Origin: Myxococcota bacterium
GTDB taxonomy: Bacteria; Myxococcota_A; UBA9160; UBA6930
Length of the DNA stretch: 64,000 nucleotides
Direction: 5' to 3'
NCBI GenBank assembly: GCA_965223705.1
Contig: OZ245015.1
Coordinates: forward strand, 1,504,001-1,568,000
The translations under genes and the position numbers were made by a program. Positions 19,869 to 29,505 of this stretch are shown piece by piece. Positions within the stretch are counted from its first letter, which is position 1. Every line of letters starts with the position of its first letter. The notes beneath the pieces were generated by a model that saw nothing but the letters and a program-made list of their open reading frames with translations, ran no database searches and was not told the origin of the DNA.

Positions 19869-21145
19869 TCCGGCCGAACGCGAACACGCAGTGGGTCCTG
19901 GGGGCGGCGTGCGGCGCAGCACTCGCAGGCGTGTTGGCCCTCGCCCCGCTCGGGCTTTCGGTCGCCCTCGCGGCCTTCTCTCTGCTGTTCGTTCCCTCGC
20001 TACTCCTGCTCGCGCGCGAGCCCTTCGAGCGACGGGTTTTCTGCGCGGCCGTGGGCGCACGTGCCCTCTTGGCGGTCGTGATCTACTACAGCGGAGTTTC
20101 GGACTTCTTTGCCCTCGATCCGGTGCGGTACGAGCGTCTCGGCGCCGAGCTCGCTGCCTACTGGTCGGGCTCGCAGAGCGCGCCGCCGCAAATCTACGGT
20201 CGCGTCGGCTACTACGCGTGGAATGCCGCCATCTATTTCGTGTTTGGCCACGAGCCCCTCGCGCCGACACTCATCAACGCCGTGATCGGCGGATGGTGCG
20301 TGATCTTCGCGAGCCGTGTCGCCGGAGTGCTCTCGGGAGAACGGGCGGCTCGCTACACGGCGTTGGTCTGCGCGTTCTGGCCATCGCTCATGCTGTGGTC
20401 GAGTCTCAATCTCAAAGACGCGCAGGCGATCTTTCTGATTCTGGCGGCGATCCTGGCCGTCCAAAAGCTCTCCGCCCGGCCCTTGGCAGCCGGGGCCTCG
20501 GCCTTTGCAGCGATCGCACTACTCAGTCAGATCCGCGGCTACATGGCGCTGGTCTTGCTCCTCTCGATGTCGCTCGGCGTTCTGATACCGCGACTCGCGC
20601 GGGTGTCTCTCCTTGTGGTGCCCGCCGCGGTCGTCGCGCTCGCGTTGCTGCCGAGCTTGGAGCTCTTTCAGGAGCTGGCTCAGGAAGTCACGCTCGAGCA
20701 GCTTTCGAGAACGCGCGGGAAACTCGCGGCCGGCGCGTCGGCGTATTTCGCGGACGCCGATCTGTCGACTCCGCGCGCGGCGCTGTCGTTCTTGCCGATC
20801 GGACTCACGTACTTCTTTCTAGCCCCGATGCCGTGGCATTTGCTCAGCGGGCGTCAGTTGATGGTCCTCCCCGAAATGCTCGCGTGGTACGGACTGTTGA
20901 TTTGGATTGCGCGGGGCGCCATTTCGCTGCTGCGCACGCGATCCAGGGAGACGCTGCCGGTTCTCCTGTTCGTCGCCACGGCGTCGGTCTCTTACGCGAT
21001 GGTGGAGGGGAACCTCGGCACGGTGTACCGACATCGCGCGCAGGTCGTGGTTCCGTTGCTGGTCTTCGCGGCCCACGCGCTCGCCGAAGCAAAGGAAGAA
21101 CGTCGACGCCCGCTGCCCCTGGCGCCGGCGGTGAGTCCCGCATGA
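19865..21145 (+). CDS. Polytopic GT-C-fold protein (putative Wzy polymerase)
   Basis: DPVRYE, FWPSLMLWSSLNLKD, APMPW, NLGTVYRHRAQ; many TM segments. Confidence 0.65.
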   Translation: MIRPNANTQWVLGAACGAALAGVLALAPLGLSVALAAFSLLFVPSLLLLAREPFERRVFCAAVGARALLAVVIYYSGVSDFFALDPVRYERLGAELAAYWSGSQSAPPQIYGRVGYYAWNAAIYFVFGHEPLAPTLINAVIGGWCVIFASRVAGVLSGERAARYTALVCAFWPSLMLWSSLNLKDAQAIFLILAAILAVQKLSARPLAAGASAFAAIALLSQIRGYMALVLLLSMSLGVLIPRLARVSLLVVPAAVVALALLPSLELFQELAQEVTLEQLSRTRGKLAAGASAYFADADLSTPRAALSFLPIGLTYFFLAPMPWHLLSGRQLMVLPEMLAWYGLLIWIARGAISLLRTRSRETLPVLLFVATASVSYAMVEGNLGTVYRHRAQVVVPLLVFAAHALAEAKEERRRPLPLAPAVSPA

Positions 21146-22332
21146 CGGTGGGTTGGCTCGTGGAGAACGCGGCTCCGTTTGTGTACGAGGAAGTCGCCGC
21201 CCTGAGGAAGCGGGGAATCTCGGTTTCCGTCGCGTCGGTGTTCCGGCCTTTCGGCGCACAAGATTGGACCGAAGCGTTCGACGGGCCGGTGTTCTATCCC
21301 GCACGCGGTCGGCGCGGTTGGCTCCTTCGTTCGATCCAAAACGCGGCGCGTCGACCCCTTGCTTTTGCGAGGGTGATGAACCGCGCACGGCTCGAGCGCG
21401 CGCCGTACCGGTTGGTCGCGCTCGCCGCCGAGTTGGCCGAGCGGGCGAAGGTCGAGGAATGGACCCATGTCCACGGAACGTTCGCGACGTTTCCGGCCTG
21501 GGTCGCTTGGGCGGTCGCCGAGATGCGGTCGATTCCCTTCAGCATGACGGGCCACGCGTACGATGTGCAGGAGCCGCGACCCTGGTTGCCGAGAGTGATC
21601 GACGACTGCGCGTTCGCTCGGGCGATTTCGACGGAAACCGCCGGCCGGATGAAGCGACTGGCCGCGAGCGGAAACGGCCGCTCGAAGATTCGGGTCGCAC
21701 ATTTAGGGGTCGACACCGAGCGTTTCGCGCCGAGTGGCGAGCGCCGCCGACGCGGTGCGCCGCGCATTCTTTGCGTCGCGAATCACGTCCCGGAAAAAGG
21801 GATCGAGCACCTTCTCGATGCCGCCCGCCAACTGGCCGAGGAGGGCACCGAAGTGCGCGTCGAGCTCGTCGGCGAGGGCCCGCTCACGGACTCGCTCCGC
21901 GCACGCGCCTCGCGTCTCGGGTTGACGCCGCGCTCTGTGGTCTTTCGCGGGCGTCGCGATCGAGAGCAGGTACGCCGAGCGCTCGCTCGCGCGACGATTT
22001 TTGCTTTGCCGTGCAGCGCGGGTGGGGGCGTCGATCACGACGGGTTGCCGGTGGCGATTCTGGAAGCGATGGCCTGCGGTCTCCCGCTGGTCACGACGCC
22101 GGTGGGCGGTATCCCCGACGCGATCGAAGACGGCGAGAACGGGCGTCTCGTCCCGCCGGACGACCCGGCCGCTCTCGCGCGCACGTTGTCGGAACTGCTG
22201 ACGGATCCCGCACAGCGGCGTCGGTTGGGAGCGAGCGCCCGCCGATCCGCGGAGGAGCGATTCTCCGCCAGCGCGGCGGCGCGGCGGCTCGATGTTCTTC
22301 TGTCGGGCACCGTGTCGGGAGCCCGCGCATGA
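21142..22332 (+). CDS. Glycosyltransferase family 4
   Basis: FSMTGHAYD, EKG, DGLPVAILEAMACGLP...GGIPDAIEDGENG; start inside track ORF 19624..22332. Confidence 0.9.
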   Translation: MTVGWLVENAAPFVYEEVAALRKRGISVSVASVFRPFGAQDWTEAFDGPVFYPARGRRGWLLRSIQNAARRPLAFARVMNRARLERAPYRLVALAAELAERAKVEEWTHVHGTFATFPAWVAWAVAEMRSIPFSMTGHAYDVQEPRPWLPRVIDDCAFARAISTETAGRMKRLAASGNGRSKIRVAHLGVDTERFAPSGERRRRGAPRILCVANHVPEKGIEHLLDAARQLAEEGTEVRVELVGEGPLTDSLRARASRLGLTPRSVVFRGRRDREQVRRALARATIFALPCSAGGGVDHDGLPVAILEAMACGLPLVTTPVGGIPDAIEDGENGRLVPPDDPAALARTLSELLTDPAQRRRLGASARRSAEERFSASAAARRLDVLLSGTVSGARA

Positions 22333-23639
22333 GGGCACCTCGCGTCTTGTTGGCGGCCTACTACTTTCCGCCCGTCGCGGGGGGCGGGGTCACGCGCACC
22401 CTCGCTTTGATCGATTCCCTGCGTCGGCACGGCGCCCACCCGTCGGTAGTGACCGTCGACGACGCGGCTTGGACGCGCGACCCGACCCTGTGCGCGGGAA
22501 TCTCCGAGGTGCCCGTCGTTCGCGTCCCGAATCCCGATTGGGGTCGCGTCCGTCGCCGTGGAACGGTGTCGGCTGGACGACCCGGAAGAGGGCGTCTGCG
22601 CAAAGTGCTCGTCCCCGATCTCCACGTCGGGTGGAGTGTGCTCGCCGCTGCGGTCGTCGCCGGGATGGCACGCGCCAACGCCTTCGACGTCGTCTACACC
22701 ACGGCGCCGCCGTACTCCGCACACGTCATCGGGTACGTCGCGCGTCGTTTGGGTAAGCGTTGGGTCGCGGATTTCCGCGACGCTTGGATCGATGCGCCGG
22801 ACCGACAAGGGCTCGGCCCGCGGCGACTCGCTGTTGAGAAACGGCTCGAAGCCGCCGTGTTTCGGCACGCCGATCGGACGATCTTCGCGTCGGCAGGTGC
22901 TCGGCGCCGCGCGATCGCGCGCCATCCGAACCTCGCGAACCGCAGCGAGGTAACGCTCACGGGCTTTGACCCCCGTCGCTACGTAGGCGCGGCCGATCCG
23001 GTTCCGACGCGCGCCGAACGCCGCTACCGGTTGGTGCACGCCGGCAACGTCGGACTCGATGCGAAGGCCTCGAGGGCGACCGCATTCCTCGACGTCTTGG
23101 CGACGTGGCGGGAGCGGCATCCCGAAGTAGAGACGTCCGTCGACGTGACGTTTCTCGCAGCGGAGGCGTGGTTCCGCGGTGAAATCAACCGTCGGGAGCT
23201 CCAGCGGTTCGTACGCATCGAACCCGCCTGCTCGCGCGGAGACCTCGCAGCGAGGCTCGAGCAGGCGCATCGATGTTTGCACATCGCGCCTCCGGGACCG
23301 CGTGGTGCCGACCCGATTCCGGGAAAGCTTTTCGACGCCCTGGGCTCCCGCCGTCGCTTGTTGTCCTTCGCCGACGGGGGCGCGCTGTCGGAGCTCTTGC
23401 AGCAATACGACTGGGGCGAGGCTTTCGCCCCAAGCGACACCGAGTCGCTGATCCACTTCCTCGAATCGGAACGCCGGGGGGTGCTCGCGGGGACTTACGT
23501 TCCCGTCCTGACCGACGCGGCTCGCTCGTCGTGCACGAACGAAGTGGCTCTCGAGGGCCTCGTTCGGGCGATTCTCCGAGAAGAGCGCGAGGAACGATCC
23601 CGGCAAACGGCGTTCGCGCCTTGGGGAGCGACGCCATGA
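22329..23639 (+). CDS. Glycosyltransferase family 4
   Basis: AYYFPPVAGGGV.R, TTAPPYSAH, WVADFRDAW, IPGKLFD. Confidence 0.87.
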   Translation: MRAPRVLLAAYYFPPVAGGGVTRTLALIDSLRRHGAHPSVVTVDDAAWTRDPTLCAGISEVPVVRVPNPDWGRVRRRGTVSAGRPGRGRLRKVLVPDLHVGWSVLAAAVVAGMARANAFDVVYTTAPPYSAHVIGYVARRLGKRWVADFRDAWIDAPDRQGLGPRRLAVEKRLEAAVFRHADRTIFASAGARRRAIARHPNLANRSEVTLTGFDPRRYVGAADPVPTRAERRYRLVHAGNVGLDAKASRATAFLDVLATWRERHPEVETSVDVTFLAAEAWFRGEINRRELQRFVRIEPACSRGDLAARLEQAHRCLHIAPPGPRGADPIPGKLFDALGSRRRLLSFADGGALSELLQQYDWGEAFAPSDTESLIHFLESERRGVLAGTYVPVLTDAARSSCTNEVALEGLVRAILREEREERSRQTAFAPWGATP

Positions 23640-24517
23640 GAGTGTCTGTCAGTCTCGTGACGCACCGCAGTCGATCGCATATCGACGCTTGCCTCGCTGC
23701 ACTCCGTACGCAGCGCGAAGTCGCAGAGATTCTCGTGGTGGACAGCGGCAGCGACGATGGTACGACGCAACACTTGCGGAGAACCCATCGCGATGTGTGG
23801 GTCGACGCGTCCGCCGAGAACGTCGGTTACGCGGCTGGACACAACCGCAACTACCGGCGCGCCACCGGGGACGCGTTCCTCGCGCTGAACCCGGACGTCG
23901 TCATGGATCTGAACTGTCTCGAACGACTCTGCGGCGCTCTGGCCGATCGAGCCGATATCGGCTCGGTCGGGCCCAAACTACTGCGCGCTCGTACGAACAG
24001 TCTGGTCGATTCCGCGGGGATCGAACGCGATGTCTTGCGCGGAAAGTTCCGCGACCGCGGTGCGGGCGAGGCATCGAGTCGATATCGCCAACGCGAAGAA
24101 GTGTTCGGGATCTGCGGGGCCGCCGCGCTCTACCGGAGGGAGGCGCTCGAAGAGGTTTCCGGGAAAGAGCGCGCTCCGTTCGCCGAATCATTTTTCATGT
24201 ACTACGAGGATGTCGACCTGGCGTGGCGTCTTCGCCGGGCTGGGTGGAAGAACGTTTTCGTACCGACCGCGCGCGCACACCACCGACGCGGGGGCGCAGG
24301 GGCGGCGTCGGCGTTTACGGAATACCACCTCGTGCGAAACCGCCTCTGGGTTTCCGTGCGAAATGCGAGCTTGGCCGAATTCGCGTGCGAAGCGCCGGGT
24401 CTTCTCTTGTTCGAAGCCGCGAAGTGCGTGCAGGCCACGCGCCGAGGCCATCTGCGTCGTGCGCTGAGGGATCAGTGGCGCGGCATGGCTCGGGCGTGGT
24501 CGGAGAGGGCGCCGTGA
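23636..24517 (+). CDS. Glycosyltransferase family 2
   Basis: VVDSGSDDGT, NVGYAAGHN, LNPD, FFMYYEDVDLAWR. Confidence 0.93.
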   Translation: MRVSVSLVTHRSRSHIDACLAALRTQREVAEILVVDSGSDDGTTQHLRRTHRDVWVDASAENVGYAAGHNRNYRRATGDAFLALNPDVVMDLNCLERLCGALADRADIGSVGPKLLRARTNSLVDSAGIERDVLRGKFRDRGAGEASSRYRQREEVFGICGAAALYRREALEEVSGKERAPFAESFFMYYEDVDLAWRLRRAGWKNVFVPTARAHHRRGGAGAASAFTEYHLVRNRLWVSVRNASLAEFACEAPGLLLFEAAKCVQATRRGHLRRALRDQWRGMARAWSERAP

Positions 24518-25692
24518 AGATCGCGCACGTCGCCAACACCGATTACTTCTGCGGTTTCCTGCTGCGGGATCAGTTGAGGAAGCTGCGCGACTCCGGGCAC
24601 GAGGTCCACGCCGTGAGCGGCCCCGGCCCGCTTCTCGATGCCCTCGGTGCCGACGGGATTCGCGTGCACACCGTCGAGAACGCGCGCCGGATCGATCCCG
24701 GGCGAGACCTGCGAACGCTCTTCTCCTACGTGCGTTTGTTCCGTCGAGAGGCGTTTGATCTGGTCCACACCCACAACCCGAAGGTGAACGTCTTGGCGAG
24801 TGCCGCCGCCCGCATCGCGGGAGTGCCGCGAGTGGTGTCTACGCTTCACGGTCTCTACTCCCACGAGGGGCAGCGGGCAGCCGTGCGACGCCTCTGGCGG
24901 GGATTCGAGTCGGTGGGCGCACGGTTCGCAGATCTCGTCCTGTGTCAAAGCGCCGAAGACGTCCGCACGGCGCGTTGGCGCCGCATCGTTCCGGACGAGA
25001 GCCTGCGACGGTTGGGCAACGGAGTCGATCTTCGACGATTCGACGCGCGCCGCTTTCGCTCGGAGGACAGCGCCGCGCTCCGCCGCCGCTTCGGCATCGC
25101 GGCGGACGAACGGGTCGTGGGTTTTGTCGGTCGTCTCGTGCGCGAAAAGGGCGTAGAGGATCTACTCGCCGCTTGCCGTCGTCTGCCTCGCACGCGTGTG
25201 TTGTTGGTCGGACCGGACGAGCGCGGAGAAAAAAGCGACGCGTTGGATCCCCGCGCGTTGCGAGCGGCTCCCGGCGTCTCGTGGCTCGGCGTGCGAAACG
25301 ACATGCCGTCGGTGTTCGCGACGTTCGACGCCTTTGTCTTGCCGTCCTACCGGGAGGGGTTCCCCCGCTCGCTGGTCGAGAGCGCAGCGATGGGAATCCC
25401 CGCGATTGCGACGGACATTCGCGGTTGCCGCGAAGTGGTCGTGCCGGGACAGACCGGTTGGCTCGTTCCGGCGCGGGCGCCCCACGTCTTGCGCAGCGCG
25501 CTCGAGGGGCTGCTGCGCGATGCTTCGCGTCGCCGACGATTCGGCGAAGCGGCCCGTCGCCGAGCGGAAGCGAACTTCGACGAGCACGCCGTTTTCGAGC
25601 GGGTCGCGCGGGCTTACGCGGAGCTCCCGCTCCGCCGTCCTGCTGCTGCGCCGCGCGTCCCTGCGCGTGCAGAGAGCCCGGCAACCCGCTGA
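24514..25692 (+). CDS. Glycosyltransferase family 4
   Basis: HTHNPK, VGRLVREKG, LPSYREGFPRSLVESAAMG, TDIRGCRE. Confidence 0.93.
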   Translation: MKIAHVANTDYFCGFLLRDQLRKLRDSGHEVHAVSGPGPLLDALGADGIRVHTVENARRIDPGRDLRTLFSYVRLFRREAFDLVHTHNPKVNVLASAAARIAGVPRVVSTLHGLYSHEGQRAAVRRLWRGFESVGARFADLVLCQSAEDVRTARWRRIVPDESLRRLGNGVDLRRFDARRFRSEDSAALRRRFGIAADERVVGFVGRLVREKGVEDLLAACRRLPRTRVLLVGPDERGEKSDALDPRALRAAPGVSWLGVRNDMPSVFATFDAFVLPSYREGFPRSLVESAAMGIPAIATDIRGCREVVVPGQTGWLVPARAPHVLRSALEGLLRDASRRRRFGEAARRRAEANFDEHAVFERVARAYAELPLRRPAAAPRVPARAESPATR

Positions 25693-25810
25693 ATCCGCGG
25701 ACCATTTCCCTAAAGCCGAGGGCGGGTCCCTCCGAAGAAACCAGGAGCGGCGCGTCCCTGGTTGTCCGGTGTTCGACTACGGGTGAGTGCGCGCGGAAGG
25801 AGGGGATTTC

Positions 25811-26995
25811 GTGTTCGTGATTCCCAGGCAATCCCCGCCGGCGAGACGCTGGCTAGCGCACCTCGTTCGTGCCTCGGCGGGTGCGATTCGCCCCGGCGAC
25901 CTGTTCGACGACGTGCTCCCGTTCGACACGGCCGAAGCCGTTTCTCTGGCGCGACGTCACCGGGTCGGTCCGCTGATCCACCGCGGGTTGGCCGATGGGA
26001 GAATCGCCGATTCGCTGCCCGACGCGTTCGCTCGGGCTTGTCGCGAACTGTATTTCGCGACGCTCCGCAAAAACATCGTCGCGCTCGAGACCGCCGGGCC
26101 GGTTCTCTCGCACTTGGCGGCCGCCGGCATCGCCAGCGCACCCCTCAAGGGTTGGGCGCTGCTCACCGGCGCCGAGCCGGTCTACGCCGACGCGGGCATG
26201 CGGCCGATGGACGACCTCGATCTCATCGTTCCGCGCGCGGAAGTCGACCGCGCGACGCGCATCATCGAAGCCCACGACTTCCGAGCCATCGCGCCTCGCG
26301 GTCCTCGGCTCGCTGCGGGGCACGAGATCGCGTTTCACCGGCAAGTCGCAGGCGTCGATCTTTTCGTCGAACTCCACTTTGCATGGGCCGGTAGCGAAAG
26401 CTTGATGCGGCAGTACGCGATGGGCGGGGAGACGTTCCTCGAGGCCTTCTGCTCCGATTGCGGACCGGGAGAACCCCGGCAACCGACACGGATCGGACAC
26501 CTTCTGTTCGTGGCGGTGCACGCGGCGCGACACGCGTTTCGCCGCTGGCTCTGGTTGCTCGACCTCCACCGGATTGTCGACGGGGTGGCTGGTGAGCCGG
26601 CACTGGATTGGTCCGAGGTCGTTCGCACGGCGAGCGAGCACCGGTTGCGGCGTCCGCTGTACGCGGGCCTCGCGGCGGCGCGCGAGCTCCTTCGGACGCC
26701 GGTGCCGAAGGAAGTGCTCGCAGAGCTCGCGCCGGGACCGGTGCGACGCCGCCTTCTGCACAGCAGCTTGCGGCCGAGTGCGGCGCCGAGCGAAGCCCAG
26801 CGTCGCGATCGCGTGGCGAAGCTTCTCTTGGGGGAGTCGTGGTGGGATGTGGCGCGAACCGCGGCCTGGGCGTCGAACCCGGGTCGCTCCTGGTACGAGA
26901 AACGCGGGGAGCGCTCGGATCTCGCTCAGCGGATCGCCAACCCGGTACGAATGCTTCGCGGAGCGCCTCGGCCGAATCTGGAGCCGCGCAAGTGA
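25811..26995 (+). CDS. Nucleotidyltransferase family protein (NTP_transf_5 type)
   Basis: LKG.AL...Y...GMRPMDDLDL, VELH, RWLWLLDL; AGGAGG before GTG 25811. Confidence 0.87.
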   Translation: MFVIPRQSPPARRWLAHLVRASAGAIRPGDLFDDVLPFDTAEAVSLARRHRVGPLIHRGLADGRIADSLPDAFARACRELYFATLRKNIVALETAGPVLSHLAAAGIASAPLKGWALLTGAEPVYADAGMRPMDDLDLIVPRAEVDRATRIIEAHDFRAIAPRGPRLAAGHEIAFHRQVAGVDLFVELHFAWAGSESLMRQYAMGGETFLEAFCSDCGPGEPRQPTRIGHLLFVAVHAARHAFRRWLWLLDLHRIVDGVAGEPALDWSEVVRTASEHRLRRPLYAGLAAARELLRTPVPKEVLAELAPGPVRRRLLHSSLRPSAAPSEAQRRDRVAKLLLGESWWDVARTAAWASNPGRSWYEKRGERSDLAQRIANPVRMLRGAPRPNLEPRK

Positions 26996-27273
26996 CCGAG
27001 AGCGCTTGCGCGCGAAGGGTCGAGGGGGTGATCTCTCGGACGATCGCCGGAGAGACGGTTCTCGTTCCGATTCACAGTCGCGCGGAAGAGCTCGGGCTCT
27101 TCACACTCAATTCCGTCGCCAGTTTTATCTGGGAACGGATGGACGGGCGCCCTCTTCGCGACATCGCATCCGAGCTGGCGGCCACCTACGACGTCAGCAT
27201 CGAAGAAGCGACGACGGACCTCACGCACTTTGCACGAGAACTCGTTGCCGCCCGCTGCGCCGAGGTGTGTTGA
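26992..27273 (+). CDS. PqqD-family RiPP recognition element (stand-alone RRE)
   Basis: 93 aa: SRTIAGETVLVPI...LFTLNSVASFIWERMDG...YDVSIEEATTDL.F..EL. Confidence 0.92.
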   Translation: MTESACARRVEGVISRTIAGETVLVPIHSRAEELGLFTLNSVASFIWERMDGRPLRDIASELAATYDVSIEEATTDLTHFARELVAARCAEVC

Positions 27274-28433
27274 TGGTTGCGCCCGAAGTGAACCTCCGAA
27301 GCGTCCGAAGCGATGCCCTCACGCGCGACTACAAGCGGCGGATCGTCGAGGATCGCGTTCCCGTCTCGGCGTCCATCGAGCTCACGTACCGTTGCAACCT
27401 GCACTGCGGCCACTGCTACTGCCCAAAGGGAGAGCGTTCACAGGAACTATCGACGCAGGAGATCTCGGATCTCATCGACGAGATGGCCGACATGGGGACG
27501 CTCTTTCTGCTGATGACGGGCGGGGACCCGCTGTTGCGGAAGGATTTCCCCGAGCTTTATCGCCACGCCAAGGAACGCGGGCTTCTCGTCACGGTCTTCA
27601 CAAATGGCACGTTGATCGATGAAGACATCGCCGACCTGTTTCGCGAACTCCCTCCGTACCTGATCGAAATCTCGCTCTATGGGCTCACTCGCAAGACCTA
27701 TGAGACCGTCGTCGCCGTTCGCGGTTCGTACGATCGCTGTCTCGCCGGGATCACGCGAGTTCTTCGCGATGGACACCGGCTCGCGCTGAAATGCCCGGCG
27801 ACGTCCGACAATGCCCACGAAATTCCCGAGCTCGCGCGTTTTGCCAAGGATCTGGGAGTCGACTTCCGCTACGACCCAGTGATCCTCGCGACGATGGAGG
27901 GCAAGACGCACACACACGCCATGCGACTCACGGCGGAGCAGGTCGTCGCCCTCGAAGCGGCCGACGTCGAGAAGGACCGGGCGTGGACGAGCTACATGGA
28001 GGAAGCCCCTGCGGTTCCCGAGAACGATCGGCTGTTCTCGTGTGGCGCCGGGAAGAACTCGTTCCACATCGATCCCTACGGAAACGTCCAAGTGTGTCTG
28101 ATGGTGAAAAATTTCCCCCGCAACGTGCGAGAACGCTCGCTTCGCGAGATCTACTACCAGGAATTCCCCGAGATCCTCGCGATCAAACGCAAGCCGGAAA
28201 CGAAATGCGGCTCGTGTAGCCACCGGGCGACGTGCAACAACTGTCCGGGGATGGCGCTCTGGGAAACCCAGACCAACGACGGGCACGTCGAGTTCGCTTG
28301 CCAGCTATCGCAAGTTCGGGCGGAAACGTACGGCCCGCCAGAAGCTTCGAGCGGCGCGTGCGGTTCCGGTGGTTGCGGTAGCGGCGGCTGTGGAGCCGCG
28401 GAATCGCTGCTTCAGATCGGGGGCATCCGATGA
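27273..28433 (+). CDS. Radical SAM/SPASM peptide maturase
   Basis: ELTYRCNLHCGHC, TGGDP, TNGT; SPASM CGAG...IDPYG..QVC...CGSC....CNNCPG...C. Confidence 0.93.
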   Translation: MVAPEVNLRSVRSDALTRDYKRRIVEDRVPVSASIELTYRCNLHCGHCYCPKGERSQELSTQEISDLIDEMADMGTLFLLMTGGDPLLRKDFPELYRHAKERGLLVTVFTNGTLIDEDIADLFRELPPYLIEISLYGLTRKTYETVVAVRGSYDRCLAGITRVLRDGHRLALKCPATSDNAHEIPELARFAKDLGVDFRYDPVILATMEGKTHTHAMRLTAEQVVALEAADVEKDRAWTSYMEEAPAVPENDRLFSCGAGKNSFHIDPYGNVQVCLMVKNFPRNVRERSLREIYYQEFPEILAIKRKPETKCGSCSHRATCNNCPGMALWETQTNDGHVEFACQLSQVRAETYGPPEASSGACGSGGCGSGGCGAAESLLQIGGIR

Positions 28434-28615
28434 CCGAGGAGAGCGGACGGAAACCCTACGAGGCGCCGGAGATTCGCAGAGTTGAACTCGACGTGATGGC
28501 GAGTTTCCCGGACAACTGCAAGATGGATGTCGGGACCGGGGGGTTTGGGGGTGCCGCGGGTTCATGCCAGCAGTCGAGCCTACCGACGGTGATGTGCATG
28601 AACATCGGCTCGTAG
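28430..28615 (+). CDS. Putative RiPP precursor peptide (61 aa)
   Basis: MTEESGRKPYEAPEIRRVELDVMASFPDNCKMDVGTGGFGGAAGSCQQSSLPTVMCMNIGS; YxxPxI leader; Cys30/46/56; ATGA-coupled to the rSAM gene. Confidence 0.85.
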   Translation: MTEESGRKPYEAPEIRRVELDVMASFPDNCKMDVGTGGFGGAAGSCQQSSLPTVMCMNIGS

Positions 28616-28620
28616 CCGAC

Positions 28621-29505
28621 GTGCGCGTTCTCGAGGTCGCGGGTGTGCGCATCGCGGTCGAAGTACCCCGGGAGTTGCCTTGGACGTGGCCGGACGGTCC
28701 GCTGACGCGATTCGCCGGCGCGGACGCAGGCCGCGCCGACGTGCGCGTCGCCGTTCGAATCGGAAAGCCCGTCGTCAGTGCCAGGGCGCTGTCGTACGAC
28801 TCGGGCGGCGGGATCTTTGACGTCGTCGCAAGTCGCGACACTCTGGAGATCGTTCTGCGCATCCGCGGCGAGATCCAGCGCGTGGCGCGATTCGACCGCG
28901 ACTTTCGCGATGGCGAAGTCACGCTCGCCCCGGATTCCTTCTACGCGACCGAGAACTACTACCCCTTGGCCTACCCCCTCGACGAATGGATCTTCTTCCA
29001 CCGCATCTTGCGGGAGAGCGGGTTGCTGGTTCACGCCTGCGCGGCGGAGCGGTCCGGGCGCGCGTTGTTGTACTGCGGTCGCTCCGGCGCCGGGAAGAGC
29101 ACCACCGCGAAGTTGCTGCGGCGCTACGCCGACGCTTCCGTGCTCTCAGACGATCGCATCGCGCTGCGGGTCGAAAAAGACGGAATCTGGGCGCACGGCA
29201 CGCCCTGGCACGGCGAAGCGCCGCTCTCCGAACCGCGCGCCGCGAAGCTCGTCGCGATTCACTGGATCGAGCACGCCGCACGCCTCGTACACTCGCCGAT
29301 GCGGGGGGCCCGTGCTGCGGTGGCTCTGCTGGGCAACGCTTTTCTCCCCGCCTACGACGACAAGGGCGCCGCCGCCGGTCTTGCAGTCGCAGAGGAAATC
29401 GTCGCGCGGGTACCCCTCGCGAAGCTCGGCTTCCCGAAAGATCGCCGCATGGTCGATCACGCACAGTCCCTCTGGTCGAACGCCGGTGGGAGCGCGCTGG
29501 CGTGA
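28621..29505 (+). CDS. HPr kinase-like P-loop kinase (ScmC / lasso-kinase-like)
   Basis: LVHACA, GRSGAGKST, LSDD, HGTPWHG. Start uncertain (GTG 28594 or 28621). Confidence 0.8.
   Translation: MRVLEVAGVRIAVEVPRELPWTWPDGPLTRFAGADAGRADVRVAVRIGKPVVSARALSYDSGGGIFDVVASRDTLEIVLRIRGEIQRVARFDRDFRDGEVTLAPDSFYATENYYPLAYPLDEWIFFHRILRESGLLVHACAAERSGRALLYCGRSGAGKSTTAKLLRRYADASVLSDDRIALRVEKDGIWAHGTPWHGEAPLSEPRAAKLVAIHWIEHAARLVHSPMRGARAAVALLGNAFLPAYDDKGAAAGLAVAEEIVARVPLAKLGFPKDRRMVDHAQSLWSNAGGSALA

Noticed and set aside
19624..23639. Apparent 902-aa and 828-aa giant glycosyltransferases
   Set aside because: Their N-terminal parts are off-frame overlaps of upstream genes; the real starts are the ATGA-coupled codons at 21142 and 22329.
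26992..28615. PQQ biosynthesis or a canonical lasso-peptide cluster
   Set aside because: No pqqB/pqqC and no ExxxY core; no lasso cyclase or B2 protease, and the core lacks lasso ring geometry.
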